Source: Thermoanaerobaculia bacterium (GTDB lineage: Bacteria; Acidobacteriota; Thermoanaerobaculia; Multivoradales; UBA5704). From it: 64,000 bases of DNA. The translations under genes were made by a program, and so were the position numbers. Every line of letters starts with the position of its first letter. Position 1 is the first letter of the stretch. Positions 8,759-18,291 of this stretch are shown piece by piece. The stretch spans positions 13,363-77,362 of the forward strand of contig JBGAGQ010000027.1 in the NCBI GenBank assembly GCA_044226625.1, written 5' to 3'. The notes beneath the pieces are model-generated. The model had not been told where the DNA came from. It ran no database searches and saw nothing but the letters and a program-made list of their open reading frames with translations.

Positions 8759-8948
8759 GAGTCCTCCTCGGGGGTGGTTCTCGAACGGAACATCCGTCCT
8801 ATTTGAAGGAGTGCTCCCGGCGCTGCGGGTGGGACCCGAAGGGGGGCGGATCTCTTTCGGCCGAAAGTCACGTCCGAATCCGGCCGAAAGTCAGTTCCGC
8901 GAACGGGTCGGCCGCGGAGACGATGAGGGCTATCCCGGAGGAGCCCTC

Positions 8949-11690
8949 ATGGTTCGACGCATCCCCCTCGTCGTGGCGTTCGTTTCACTCCTATTCGGTC
9001 TGATTTCGATCTCGGGCGCGTTCGGCCTGGGGCCGATCGAAACGACGTCGCCGACGGCCGATCGGGCCTTCGTGCATCCGGACCTCCACTGGGACGACCG
9101 GATCGAGCGGCTCGACCGAGTTCCGGAGCTGGCGGACTCTCCCGCGTGGCGAAGCTTTCTCGAGAGCGTTCCGGGCCCGGCGACCGTGTTCATCGACCTG
9201 CGATCGGCCACGCCAGCTACGTTGAAGGCGCCGATTCCGATCGTCCCCGGGCGCGGCATCGGCAACCGGTTGGCGCTCGCCGATGTCGAGCGGGAGCTGG
9301 GGCGACCGGTTCGCGCGGTCGACGCGGGCGTCGTCTCCGATTTGGTGACCGGATTCGTGCGCCGCAACGCCGCGGTTTTCGGAGTCGACGCGCGGCAGAT
9401 CGGCACGGTGCGGGCGAGCTCGACGGCGGCCGATTCGTGGCAGGTTTCGATCGGCCAGGCGGTCGACGGGATCGCGGTCCGCGAATCGTCGATCGCCGCG
9501 ACGATCCGGCAGGGGAATCTGGTCCTGTTCGGGACGAGCGATTGGGCGAACGTCGTCATCGAGACGGCGCCGCGGTGGACCGCCGCCGAGGCGCTCGAGC
9601 GCGGATTCGCGTTCGCGGGGGGACGGATCGAGGGGGACGAGATCTGGCAGGAACCGCGGCTCGAAATCGCGCCGACCGCTCCGGAGAGCGGCTCGGAAGG
9701 GGAGTTTCGACTCGGTGCGGGCCTGCGCCACCGGTTGGTCTGGTCGTTCGGCTTTCGCCGCGTGGCGGAGCCCCACTCGTGGGAGGTGCTGGTCGATGCC
9801 ACGACCGGAGAGGTGATCTCGCTCGACGACACGAACTTGTACTTCGAGTCGGTGGTCCAGGGAGGCGTTTATCCCCGCACCTCGACGGAGATCTGCCCGA
9901 ATGCCGAGCACTGCGGGGCGATGACGCCGTTGCCCATGCCGTTCGCCGATGTGGCGCTCGAGGCGCCGGAGAGATATTCGGACGCGGCCGGGGGCTTCGC
10001 GCCGGACGGCACCCGGCCGTTCACCCGGCTGTTCGGCGATTATTTCGGCGTGTTGAGCACGTGCGGCCCGCACGAGGAGTTCGGCGACGAGACCGGGATC
10101 GATCTGGGCGGAGACAACGGCGAGCATCGCTGCGAGGTCCCGCCCGGGCACACGCCGGGCGATACCCCTTCCGCGCGCACGTCCTACTACCACTTGAATC
10201 GCGCGTCCGAAGCCGCTCGCGGTTGGCTCCCGGGAAACGATCTGGACGGCCATCACCTGCGGGCGTTCACCAGCGCGGGGGAGCGGTATGGCGAGCCCAT
10301 CTCCTGCAATGCGCAGTACGACCGGTATTCGGAGACCTTCTCGTTCTTTGGCGGCAATCAATCATGCCGCGAGACCGGTGAGATCGCCGCGGCCGTGGTC
10401 CACGAGTGGGGGCACGCGCTCGACGACCTGGACGCGAACGGGAGATTCAGCAAATCGCCCGAGTCCTATGCCGACATCGCCGCCGCGTTGCGCACGCGAA
10501 GCTCCTGCATCGGGTACGGCTTTGCGAGCTCGGCCACCTTGGTCAGCACTTGCGGCCGGGTGGCCGACGATACCGGCCCGAATCTCAGTGATTCCGGTCT
10601 CTGCATGCGCAACTGCTCGGGTTTGCGAGAGGTCGACTTCGCCGAGAAGGTCCCGGCGGGGGGCGGTCCGTCCTTGCCCAGCACGCCGGCCCTGGTCTGC
10701 AATCGATGCGACAAGGTTCGCTTCGGCGTCCGAGGGCCGTGCGGTCTCGACGGCTACTGCGATTCGACGCCCATCACCGAGGCGGTCTGGGACCTCGCGA
10801 CGCGGGACCTCACCGCGTCGCCTTATGGCCTGGATGCGGAAAGCGGATTTCTGCTCGCCGACCGGCTGTTCTTCCTCGGCGCCGGGAATGTGAAGCGCTG
10901 GTACTCATGCGGCTGCCGAAACCAGATCGCCCATGGCTGCTCGGCGACCAGCGGCTACATGCAATTCCTCGCCGCGGACGACGACGACGGCTCGCTCGGC
11001 AACGGTACGCCCCACTTGGGCGCGATCCGAAGAGCATTCGGCCGGCACGCGATCGCCTGCGCGGAGCCGAGTCTGGTCGATTTCGGCTGCGGCTCCGGTC
11101 CCAAGACCGCGCCGACACTCGCGGCCTTTTCGGGCGACGGTGAGGTCGTGCTGGTCTGGAGCAAGGTCGCGAACGCGCCCTCGTACCCGATCTTCCGCTC
11201 GGAGGGACCGGGAGCTTGCAGCCTAGGAAAAGCGAAGGTCGGCGAGACGACGGCGAACGGCTTTACCCATCGCGAGGTCGCCCCCGGCGTCGAGACCTGC
11301 TACGTCGTCGCCCCTCAGGGAGGTTTCGATGCCTGCGTGGGGCCCGCGAGCGGTTGCGCGTGCGCGACCCCCGAACGGAAGCCCTTTTCGATCTCCTGCG
11401 GCTCGAACTTTTTCACCGTCGCGCGGGGCGCCACTTCCTCGCCCGCGACCTGCACGGTGACCTCGAACGATGGCTTTTCCGGCACCGTGAGCTTCACCTG
11501 CTTTGGCTCCACGCCGGGCCTGTCGTGTGGCGCCGCGCCGGTCGTCCTGTCGGCGAACGGCACCGCGTCGACGCTGCTTCACGTCAGCGCCACGCCCTCG
11601 GCCCCGGGTGGCTCGGCGCGACTCGCCCTCCTCGGTTTCGCGGCGGGCGAATCGACCCCCGTGCTGTTGCAGGTGGTGGTCACGCAGTGA
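8949..11690 (+). CDS. Secreted zinc metallopeptidase (M4/M36-like) with a PepSY-like propeptide and Fn3/Ig-like C-terminus
   Basis: Signal peptide, WEVLVDATTGEV propeptide motif, HEWGH, DDDDG.L.NGTPH, beta-rich tail. Confidence 0.8.
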   Translation: MVRRIPLVVAFVSLLFGLISISGAFGLGPIETTSPTADRAFVHPDLHWDDRIERLDRVPELADSPAWRSFLESVPGPATVFIDLRSATPATLKAPIPIVPGRGIGNRLALADVERELGRPVRAVDAGVVSDLVTGFVRRNAAVFGVDARQIGTVRASSTAADSWQVSIGQAVDGIAVRESSIAATIRQGNLVLFGTSDWANVVIETAPRWTAAEALERGFAFAGGRIEGDEIWQEPRLEIAPTAPESGSEGEFRLGAGLRHRLVWSFGFRRVAEPHSWEVLVDATTGEVISLDDTNLYFESVVQGGVYPRTSTEICPNAEHCGAMTPLPMPFADVALEAPERYSDAAGGFAPDGTRPFTRLFGDYFGVLSTCGPHEEFGDETGIDLGGDNGEHRCEVPPGHTPGDTPSARTSYYHLNRASEAARGWLPGNDLDGHHLRAFTSAGERYGEPISCNAQYDRYSETFSFFGGNQSCRETGEIAAAVVHEWGHALDDLDANGRFSKSPESYADIAAALRTRSSCIGYGFASSATLVSTCGRVADDTGPNLSDSGLCMRNCSGLREVDFAEKVPAGGGPSLPSTPALVCNRCDKVRFGVRGPCGLDGYCDSTPITEAVWDLATRDLTASPYGLDAESGFLLADRLFFLGAGNVKRWYSCGCRNQIAHGCSATSGYMQFLAADDDDGSLGNGTPHLGAIRRAFGRHAIACAEPSLVDFGCGSGPKTAPTLAAFSGDGEVVLVWSKVANAPSYPIFRSEGPGACSLGKAKVGETTANGFTHREVAPGVETCYVVAPQGGFDACVGPASGCACATPERKPFSISCGSNFFTVARGATSSPATCTVTSNDGFSGTVSFTCFGSTPGLSCGAAPVVLSANGTASTLLHVSATPSAPGGSARLALLGFAAGESTPVLLQVVVTQ

Positions 11691-11756
11691 CAGAGGGTTG
11701 AGAGTCGGTTTGCTCGACGGTGCGGCCGGATCTATGGTTCGGTTCGGGGGTGTTCC

Positions 11757-12149
11757 ATGCCCGAACCATCGATCCGGCCTTCCGCTTTTTTCCTCGCCGC
11801 TTTCAGTGGCCTCGCGGTGTTCTCGGGGGCCGCTGCCGCCCGGACGAGCTCCGCTGATCCGCCGGTACCGCTTCGGTTGGCCGAGTCGGCCTCGACGGGA
11901 GAACGCTTCAAGGACCTGGACAGCCTCGTCATCGGCCCGATGAGCGGCGTCGATCTCGACCTCGCGCTCTACCTCCCCTATCTGCCGACGCGCACGATCG
12001 GTGACTACGAGCGAATCCTCGCTTACTTGCGCGGCTTTCCCCGGGCGGTCGACCAGTCGATCGCGCTCCTCGCGCAAGGCCTCGCCGCGGGGATCACGCC
12101 GCCGCGCGTCACCCTGCGCGACGTGCCCGGCCGGGCAGGAAAGAAGTAA
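11757..12149 (+). pseudogene. Truncated or internally deleted DUF885-family gene
   Basis: Signal peptide joined to T..DYE..LA.L...P..VDQ.IALL..GLA.GITPP. Only 130 aa. Confidence 0.65.
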
Positions 12150-12208
12150 CGCCGTCACCGCTGGCCTCGCCTCACCAGGCAGCGTTCCCCCTTTTGGGGT
12201 TTCCTTTC

Positions 12209-13390
12209 ATGGAGGACATGGACTTGAGCCAGCGGAGAGCCGTCGTCGGTCTTCTGTTCCTTGGGTGTCTCTTCGGCGCTTCGGGGCGCGCTCGCGCGTT
12301 CGAGGTGACGAACTGTCCGCCGAAAGCGGACTCGGACGTCAAGTCGGCCGCCCGTTTCATCGAAGCGAACATGAGCGCGATCGTGGATCCGTACACGTTT
12401 CTTTCCGAAGAGCAGCGGCAGGAGGTGGTCCGCAAGTGGGTCCATCTCAACATCCACTGCAGCGACAGCGAAAAGGAATGCACCGGCGCCGGAGGCTACG
12501 CTCATGGCGGTCTCGGCAACCGGGTGAACGTCTGCTACTACACCCTTTCGTCCGGGGGCGAGGGAGATCTCTGCGATCTGGTGCGGGTCATCATGCACGA
12601 GCAGGGTCACGCCCACGGCTTCCGAAAGGTGCCCGGCCACAACGAGCCGACGGACTACGTCCGCGATAACGACGTGATGTATCGCATGGGCTACCTGGCG
12701 GAGGATTTCTGCGAGGCGGCGGCAGAGAGTGGCACGTTCGATGACGCGACCCTGAAAGGCGGCGGCGAACGCGGACTCGGCTCGGCTTGCACGGAGGATC
12801 TGCAGTGCAGCTCCAAGCGTTGTTCCGGCGGCTCCTGCGTCTGCGATCAAGACACGGACTGTGGGTTGGGGAAGCGCTGCTTCAAGTCCGTTTCCTCGGG
12901 CAACAACTTTTGCGGCAGCTCGGCGCTTCCCGTGGGCGCTGCCTGTACTCGGGAAGACGAATGCCTCTCCAATCAATGCGAGAGGGGGAGATGCGTCTGT
13001 CGCCACGACAGCGATTGTCCCCGGGGCCAGGAGTGCAAGACGCCGATCACCGGCAGCAACACCTGCGTGGCCGCGAGCGGCATCGGTTCGAAACCGCTCG
13101 GGTCGCTCTGCGACCGCGACGCCGATTGCCTCTCGAACACCTGCGAGTACTCCAAGTGCGTCTGCCACAGCGACAGCGACTGCCCGCCCGGCCAGGAGTG
13201 CTATCAGACGCTCGGCGCGTCGAACACCTGTCGCATCGTCGGCCTGACGATGGGCTCCGGTTGCTCGAAAGACAGCCAGTGCCGCTCCGGCAAATGCGAG
13301 CAGAGCGTTTGCGTCTGCCGCCACGACGACGACTGCCCCTCGGGCAAGAAGTGCAAAACGCCGATCACCGGCAAGAACCGCTGCGAGTAG
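12209..13390 (+). CDS. Secreted HExxH metalloprotease-like domain plus four Cys-rich repeats
   Basis: Signal peptide, HEQGHAHGF..H, then 4x C..D..C.S..C....CVC..D.DC..G..C. Confidence 0.8.
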   Translation: MEDMDLSQRRAVVGLLFLGCLFGASGRARAFEVTNCPPKADSDVKSAARFIEANMSAIVDPYTFLSEEQRQEVVRKWVHLNIHCSDSEKECTGAGGYAHGGLGNRVNVCYYTLSSGGEGDLCDLVRVIMHEQGHAHGFRKVPGHNEPTDYVRDNDVMYRMGYLAEDFCEAAAESGTFDDATLKGGGERGLGSACTEDLQCSSKRCSGGSCVCDQDTDCGLGKRCFKSVSSGNNFCGSSALPVGAACTREDECLSNQCERGRCVCRHDSDCPRGQECKTPITGSNTCVAASGIGSKPLGSLCDRDADCLSNTCEYSKCVCHSDSDCPPGQECYQTLGASNTCRIVGLTMGSGCSKDSQCRSGKCEQSVCVCRHDDDCPSGKKCKTPITGKNRCE

Positions 13391-13474
13391 GACGGACAGA
13401 GCGTAGCGTCACGGGGTATCGAGCTTCGGTCGCCGGGATGGCGGCCGAGCTCGCGCTCCGCGTCGGCATCCGGG

Positions 13475-14950
13475 TTACGTCTTCTTCTTCCCTTTCTTCT
13501 TGCCCTTCGTCTTGTGGTGGGTGCCCGTCGTTGAGGCGGTGTGTGTGCCGATCGAGAACGGGGCGAGTGGCGTCGGCATCGAGAACGGCGCGGATGGCGT
13601 GGTCGTCGCGAGGGTGGGCGTCGTCGTCGAAGTCGTCGTGGTTGGCGTCGAGGTCGTAGTCGTGGTCGTGGTGGTCGGGGTCGTGGTGCTGGTTGTGGTG
13701 GAGGTTGCCGTAGTAGAAGTCGCCGGAGCCGAGCTCGGAAGCGGCGCCAGTGGGGCGAGCGATGGCGTCGAGGGCATCGGCGAGGAAATCGGCATCGAGG
13801 ACATCGGCGTGGCCGGGTCGAATCCTTCGCGCTGCGGCGCGGTGAGCCAGCTCGCGGTGTTGGCCACGTGCTGCCAGCTCCCCTTCGTACCGCCGAACGT
13901 GGGGATCGGAGGTGGAGGAAGCGGAGGACCGACGAGATAGTCGCCTCCTCCACCTTGGTTGTCGATCGGCGTCCGCTCCGGGCTCGGCGACCGGCCGCGC
14001 CCCGTCTCTCTCTTGTGCGATCGGAGCCGCTTCTTCACCTGTTCGCGCTCGCCTTCCACTCTTTGGGCGAGGTGGATGCGCGCCGGATCCTTCTTGCCCA
14101 CGGGGCCGACCGTGCCGATCGAGGAAAGGTTCGGTTGCATCCCTTCGATGTAGGGGCTCTGCAAAACGTCCTGACCCGTCGGCGTGACGTCGAGGTGCCG
14201 TAGCAACAGCGCATTGGTCGCCTCGTCCGGGTCGGTCGCCGTGAGCACCGAAGAGCGCGCCTCCTCGCGCATCTAGTCGTGGGCGGGTGCCTGGCCGCGG
14301 GTGTGCGTGCTGCCGTGGCCGCCGCTCGGCTTCACCGCGAATCCGGTGTGGCCGCCGACGTCGCCGCCGCCGATCCGGAACATCTGGTGCGCGGTCGAGG
14401 TCCGCGCGCCGCTCTGGAGGCCGATCGCGGCCGGACTGCCGCTGCTCGCCACTTCGGGTCCCATGTTCGTCGGCAACAGCTCGTGCAGGCCCGAGCCGCC
14501 GGTGAGACTCGGAGTCTTGACGGCATTTTCGCGGATGTCCTCGGCGCGGGGCGTCTTGCCTTTCTCTTGAAGCTTCGCGCCCGACTCGCCCATGAAGCTC
14601 CGGGCGCCGGAGAGGAACGGCGTCACCGTCGGATCGCTCGCTTGGGTGTAAGTGTCCTCGTACTCCTCGCCGTCAACGTTCCCCGCGTGGGTCGGAGGCG
14701 TCGACGTCGAGCTCGACGCGCCGATTGCGGACCAGCTGTTGGACGAGGCGCTCCAGCGCCATCGGACGCGTTGAATCGGCGCCTCGGCGCGCGGCGGTGC
14801 GAGCGCCTCGAGTCGGTGCCCGAGCCGCTCCGCCCGCGCGAGCGCGTCGGCTGGTGCCCGATCGGAGGCGGCGACCGTGCGCGAAGCGGCCGTGGCGCTC
14901 GGGGTCTCGGCTCGCGTCGGAGCTTGGCGAAGAGAAGAGAGGCACTTCAT
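13475..14950 (-). pseudogene. Putative toxin/effector with the shared PIQR leader, split by an in-frame TAG at 14273-14275
   Basis: ORFs 14273-14950 and 13475-14272 are in the same frame (CAC GAC TAG ATG). His-rich central domain, then Thr-rich and Lys-rich tail. Confidence 0.65.
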
Positions 14951-14994
14951 AGGGAAGAGTCGCCGGTGCCGGGCTCAGCTGCCGGCGCGGCATT

Positions 14995-16410
14995 TCAGTT
15001 CTTGTCGTCGTTCTCGTCGCTTTCTCCGTCGCCTTCGTCCTCCATGTCGACTTCTTCCTTCTCCTTCTCCTTCTCCTCCTTCACCTTCCTCTCCATCTCT
15101 TCCTTCTTCTTTTTCTTCTTCTCGATCAGGACCTTCGTCTTCCTCTCGACCTCTTCGATCTCCTTCGAGGTAAAGAACGATCGGCGCGGAATGACGTTGA
15201 CCTTCTTCTTGTTCTTGCCCCAACCCAACGGGTCCTTCCAAGCCAGGTCGTCCGTAACGTAGAGTTCGTCATCGTCCGAGCTGTGCTCGCCCTCCGAGTC
15301 GTCCGTTGAAATCTCCTTGCGCTGCTGGTTCAAGAGCGGGTTCTGATCCTCGAACTCCTGGCGCGCGGTCGCGGCGCTCAAGCGCCCCCGGGTGGCCTCC
15401 TCTTTTTCTTTCGGCGAGAGTTTGAGCCCGTCGACCTTTCCGTTATTCTTGATTAGTTTCTTGCGCAGCTTGGGGTCTTCGATGTGGTCGGTGGTTCCCG
15501 AGTAGAACGTTCCGAACTTGTGAGACCCCTTTTTCACCGGCGGGAAGTTGTAGCGGCATTTCTCGCATTGTTCACGAGACGATGCGCTGTAGTGCTCGTG
15601 CTTCGCCATCTCTCGGAACAGAGGCACGTTCTTCTCGATCTTGTCGGTCACTCCTTCGGAATGGGAACCCTGCCCGAGGCGGTTGTTCACCACCTCCTCG
15701 AACGGGAGCTTCTCGTAACCCTTGGGCAAGTCGCTCGGCGGGATCGAGACGGTCGCCAGCTTGATCTTCCGGTCGTTGAATTTGAAGCGCTTGGTATAGA
15801 TGTTCTTGTCGCCGACGCTCTTCTTGTCCCTCCTGAGCCGGCGGATGATCCTTCGCTCGGTGCGGAATTGCGGATCTTTCGAATAGTCGACTTGGGTGCC
15901 GACGAAGGCTTTCGTCTGACGGGGCACGGGAACGAACACGGAATCCGTCGCCTTTTTCTTGCGCGTCTTCGTTTTCGGAGCCGTCTTCTTCCTCGTCGCT
16001 TTGGCCTGTTTGATCGACTCCGCGATCGAAGGCGGTTTGACGTTCTCGTTCTTGTGCTGTTCGATCTTCCGCTGGAGCTCGTCGACGGTGAAGTGAACCG
16101 TCGTGTCGTTATGGTATTTGTGAAACCAGGCCTTGCCCGTTTCGTCCATCTCGAGGTAGGGATTCGACTGCGAGATCGACTTGAAAGGCTTCTTGTGTTC
16201 CTTGTCTTTGTCGGTCCGATAGATGGTCCGCTGAATCGGCGGGGGAGCCTGAGGCGGCGCGAGCGCCTCGAGCCGATGCCCGAGCCGCTCTGCAGCCGCC
16301 AGCGTCTCGGCGGAAGGCACGCTCGGCGGTCTCGGGCGACGGGGCGGTACAGCGGCCGCCGGAGCCTCGGCGAGCGTCGGCGGCTGGGGACGGACAGCAA
16401 GCGATTTCAT
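14995..16410 (-). CDS. Putative deaminase-domain toxin/effector with the shared PIQR leader
   Basis: HSE...SSREQCEKC (HxE/CxxC). K-rich and acidic tails. Confidence 0.65.
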   Translation of the reverse strand: MKSLAVRPQPPTLAEAPAAAVPPRRPRPPSVPSAETLAAAERLGHRLEALAPPQAPPPIQRTIYRTDKDKEHKKPFKSISQSNPYLEMDETGKAWFHKYHNDTTVHFTVDELQRKIEQHKNENVKPPSIAESIKQAKATRKKTAPKTKTRKKKATDSVFVPVPRQTKAFVGTQVDYSKDPQFRTERRIIRRLRRDKKSVGDKNIYTKRFKFNDRKIKLATVSIPPSDLPKGYEKLPFEEVVNNRLGQGSHSEGVTDKIEKNVPLFREMAKHEHYSASSREQCEKCRYNFPPVKKGSHKFGTFYSGTTDHIEDPKLRKKLIKNNGKVDGLKLSPKEKEEATRGRLSAATARQEFEDQNPLLNQQRKEISTDDSEGEHSSDDDELYVTDDLAWKDPLGWGKNKKKVNVIPRRSFFTSKEIEEVERKTKVLIEKKKKKKEEMERKVKEEKEKEKEEVDMEDEGDGESDENDDKN

Positions 16411-16555
16411 CGTGGCTGGCGGAGACTCGGGTGCCACGAAGCATAGCCGAATCGAATCTCGCCGGGGCACGGGAGGGTGCCGCCGCGATGCGCGACCGGA
16501 ATAGGGCCGCCGGTCGCTCCCCCTCGATGCGGCCGGCGGTTCGTTGATCGCCCGA

Positions 16556-18007
16556 CTAGTACGTATTCACGATGAAATAGAACGAATCGCCGAAGACCGT
16601 GCCGGTGGGAGTCTTCATACGGAACGTCCCCTGGTACTGGCTGCTGCTGCCGATCGAGCAGGTCGCCCAGATCTTGGCGGTGGTGCCGGCGGGGGTGTTC
16701 TTGGTCAAGTTGAAGCTGCCGCAGCCGGCGTTGCCGGAGATGTACTTGACGCCCCAGCTGGTGGTCCAGTTCGCGGTACCGCAGTTCTTGATGTACCAGG
16801 TCTTGGTGAGCGTCGAGTTCTTGGGCCAGGAGGCATAGTCGTACGGAGGATCTTCACTCACGTATTGCGCGCAGTTGGCCACCGCCGTGCCGATGGTCTG
16901 GAACGGATTGTTCTCGGCGAAGTACTCGTGGCTGTCGGCGTTGTTGATCGCCTTGTTCGGCGTCTTGGTCGCGAGCTTCTTGCAGGCGGTCTGGCCGTAG
17001 GCGTAGTCGTTGGTTCCGGCGACGACGGTGAAGTGGCTGGTCTCGTGGACCAAGGTCCCCGCCTTGGAGTCCGTGCCGGTCGCCGGGGCGGCGAAGAAGG
17101 CGCCGCACAGGTGCACGTGATAGGGCTGGTTCGCGTAGACGAACGCGTAGAGCGAGTTGTCCGACGCGCAGTCGCAATCGAGCTGGAAGGTCTGGTTGGC
17201 GAACGCGTTCTTCAGATTGTTGTAGTGCGTCTGAACGGTCGAGTAACGAGAGTCGGTATAGGCGCCGAACCAGGTCTTGTAGCGCGCGTCGGTCGAGCGC
17301 GACGCCGCGGGGAGGTTGACCAGGAAGTTGTACGACTCGGTCGCGTAGTTCTGCGCGTTGGTCAGAGCGTTGCCGATCGAGGAGATGTTGCCGTTCGAGC
17401 AGTTCAGATAGGTGGGGGTGAGGGCACGACCGAGGTTCGGGCGAACCGGCGCGGCGGCGGCTTCCTGGTCGTCCGCGCTGAGGTCCTTTCCCGAGAGGGT
17501 GAGACCCAACGTCTCGGAAGCGAGGGCGTCGGCCGAGCCGATCGAGGTGATGCCCTTGCGGTAGTCCTCCCGGACGAAGTCGACGCCGAAGGCCTCGTAG
17601 CGCACGGTGTAGTTGCCCGGCTTGCGCATGTCGTAGACCGAGGAGAGGTCGAAGGTCGCCGAAACGCTCTCGCCGGCGGGGATGCGGGCGTAGTCCGACG
17701 GCCGGGGCGCGGCTCGCTTGACCAGCTTGCCCGTGTAGGGGACGCGCTGGCCGTCGCGCTCGACGACGAAGAGGTTCCCCTCGAAGCCGGCGAGCGGCGT
17801 CTTCCACTTGAGAACGAGGATCTCGTCGGCCCCGGCGTTTTCGAGCGTGAAGGTGACGTTGACGCCATCGGCCGTGGTGAGCGCCGTCTTGTCCATCGAG
17901 ATCCTGGAAACGAGCGCGGCGCCGCCGAGCGAGTCGGCCATCGCCGGGGCGGCCGCGACGGCGGCCAGGCACGCCAAGGCGACGCACCACGAGATCTGCT
18001 TACGCAT
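16556..18007 (-). CDS. M35 (aspzincin, peptidyl-Lys metalloendopeptidase-like) protease with a C-terminal NBR1-type Ig-like domain
   Basis: HETSHF plus GTNDYAYG plus NADSHEYFAE. C-terminal TKTWYIKNCGTANW...G..FGD. Confidence 0.9.
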   Translation of the reverse strand: MRKQISWCVALACLAAVAAAPAMADSLGGAALVSRISMDKTALTTADGVNVTFTLENAGADEILVLKWKTPLAGFEGNLFVVERDGQRVPYTGKLVKRAAPRPSDYARIPAGESVSATFDLSSVYDMRKPGNYTVRYEAFGVDFVREDYRKGITSIGSADALASETLGLTLSGKDLSADDQEAAAAPVRPNLGRALTPTYLNCSNGNISSIGNALTNAQNYATESYNFLVNLPAASRSTDARYKTWFGAYTDSRYSTVQTHYNNLKNAFANQTFQLDCDCASDNSLYAFVYANQPYHVHLCGAFFAAPATGTDSKAGTLVHETSHFTVVAGTNDYAYGQTACKKLATKTPNKAINNADSHEYFAENNPFQTIGTAVANCAQYVSEDPPYDYASWPKNSTLTKTWYIKNCGTANWTTSWGVKYISGNAGCGSFNLTKNTPAGTTAKIWATCSIGSSSQYQGTFRMKTPTGTVFGDSFYFIVNTY

Positions 18008-18291
18008 GAATGCCTCCTGTGAAGCTGTGAGATGGATCTCCCGCGTCGGTGCGGGAGTCATTTGGGACGAGAGGGGTTTCAGAAATAGGGGGGTGCTTGA
18101 AGTCGTGCGAACGTGACAGGGAGCGGCGAGCCGGTCCGGGCGCCTTTACTCCCGGGACGAAACACCCTTGCCGTAATCGGTTACGGGGGCGGACTGGATT
18201 CGGAAAGCCGGTTCGAGGAGGCGGACGGGTGTACGAAAGCCAGGTAGAGCGAGGGGGAGCGGATTGCGATCGACTACGTTGCCGCGGCCGG

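Noticed and set aside
13500-13940. Val-rich plus-strand ORF resembling a membrane protein
   Set aside because: Antisense of the Thr-rich tail of the minus-strand gene.
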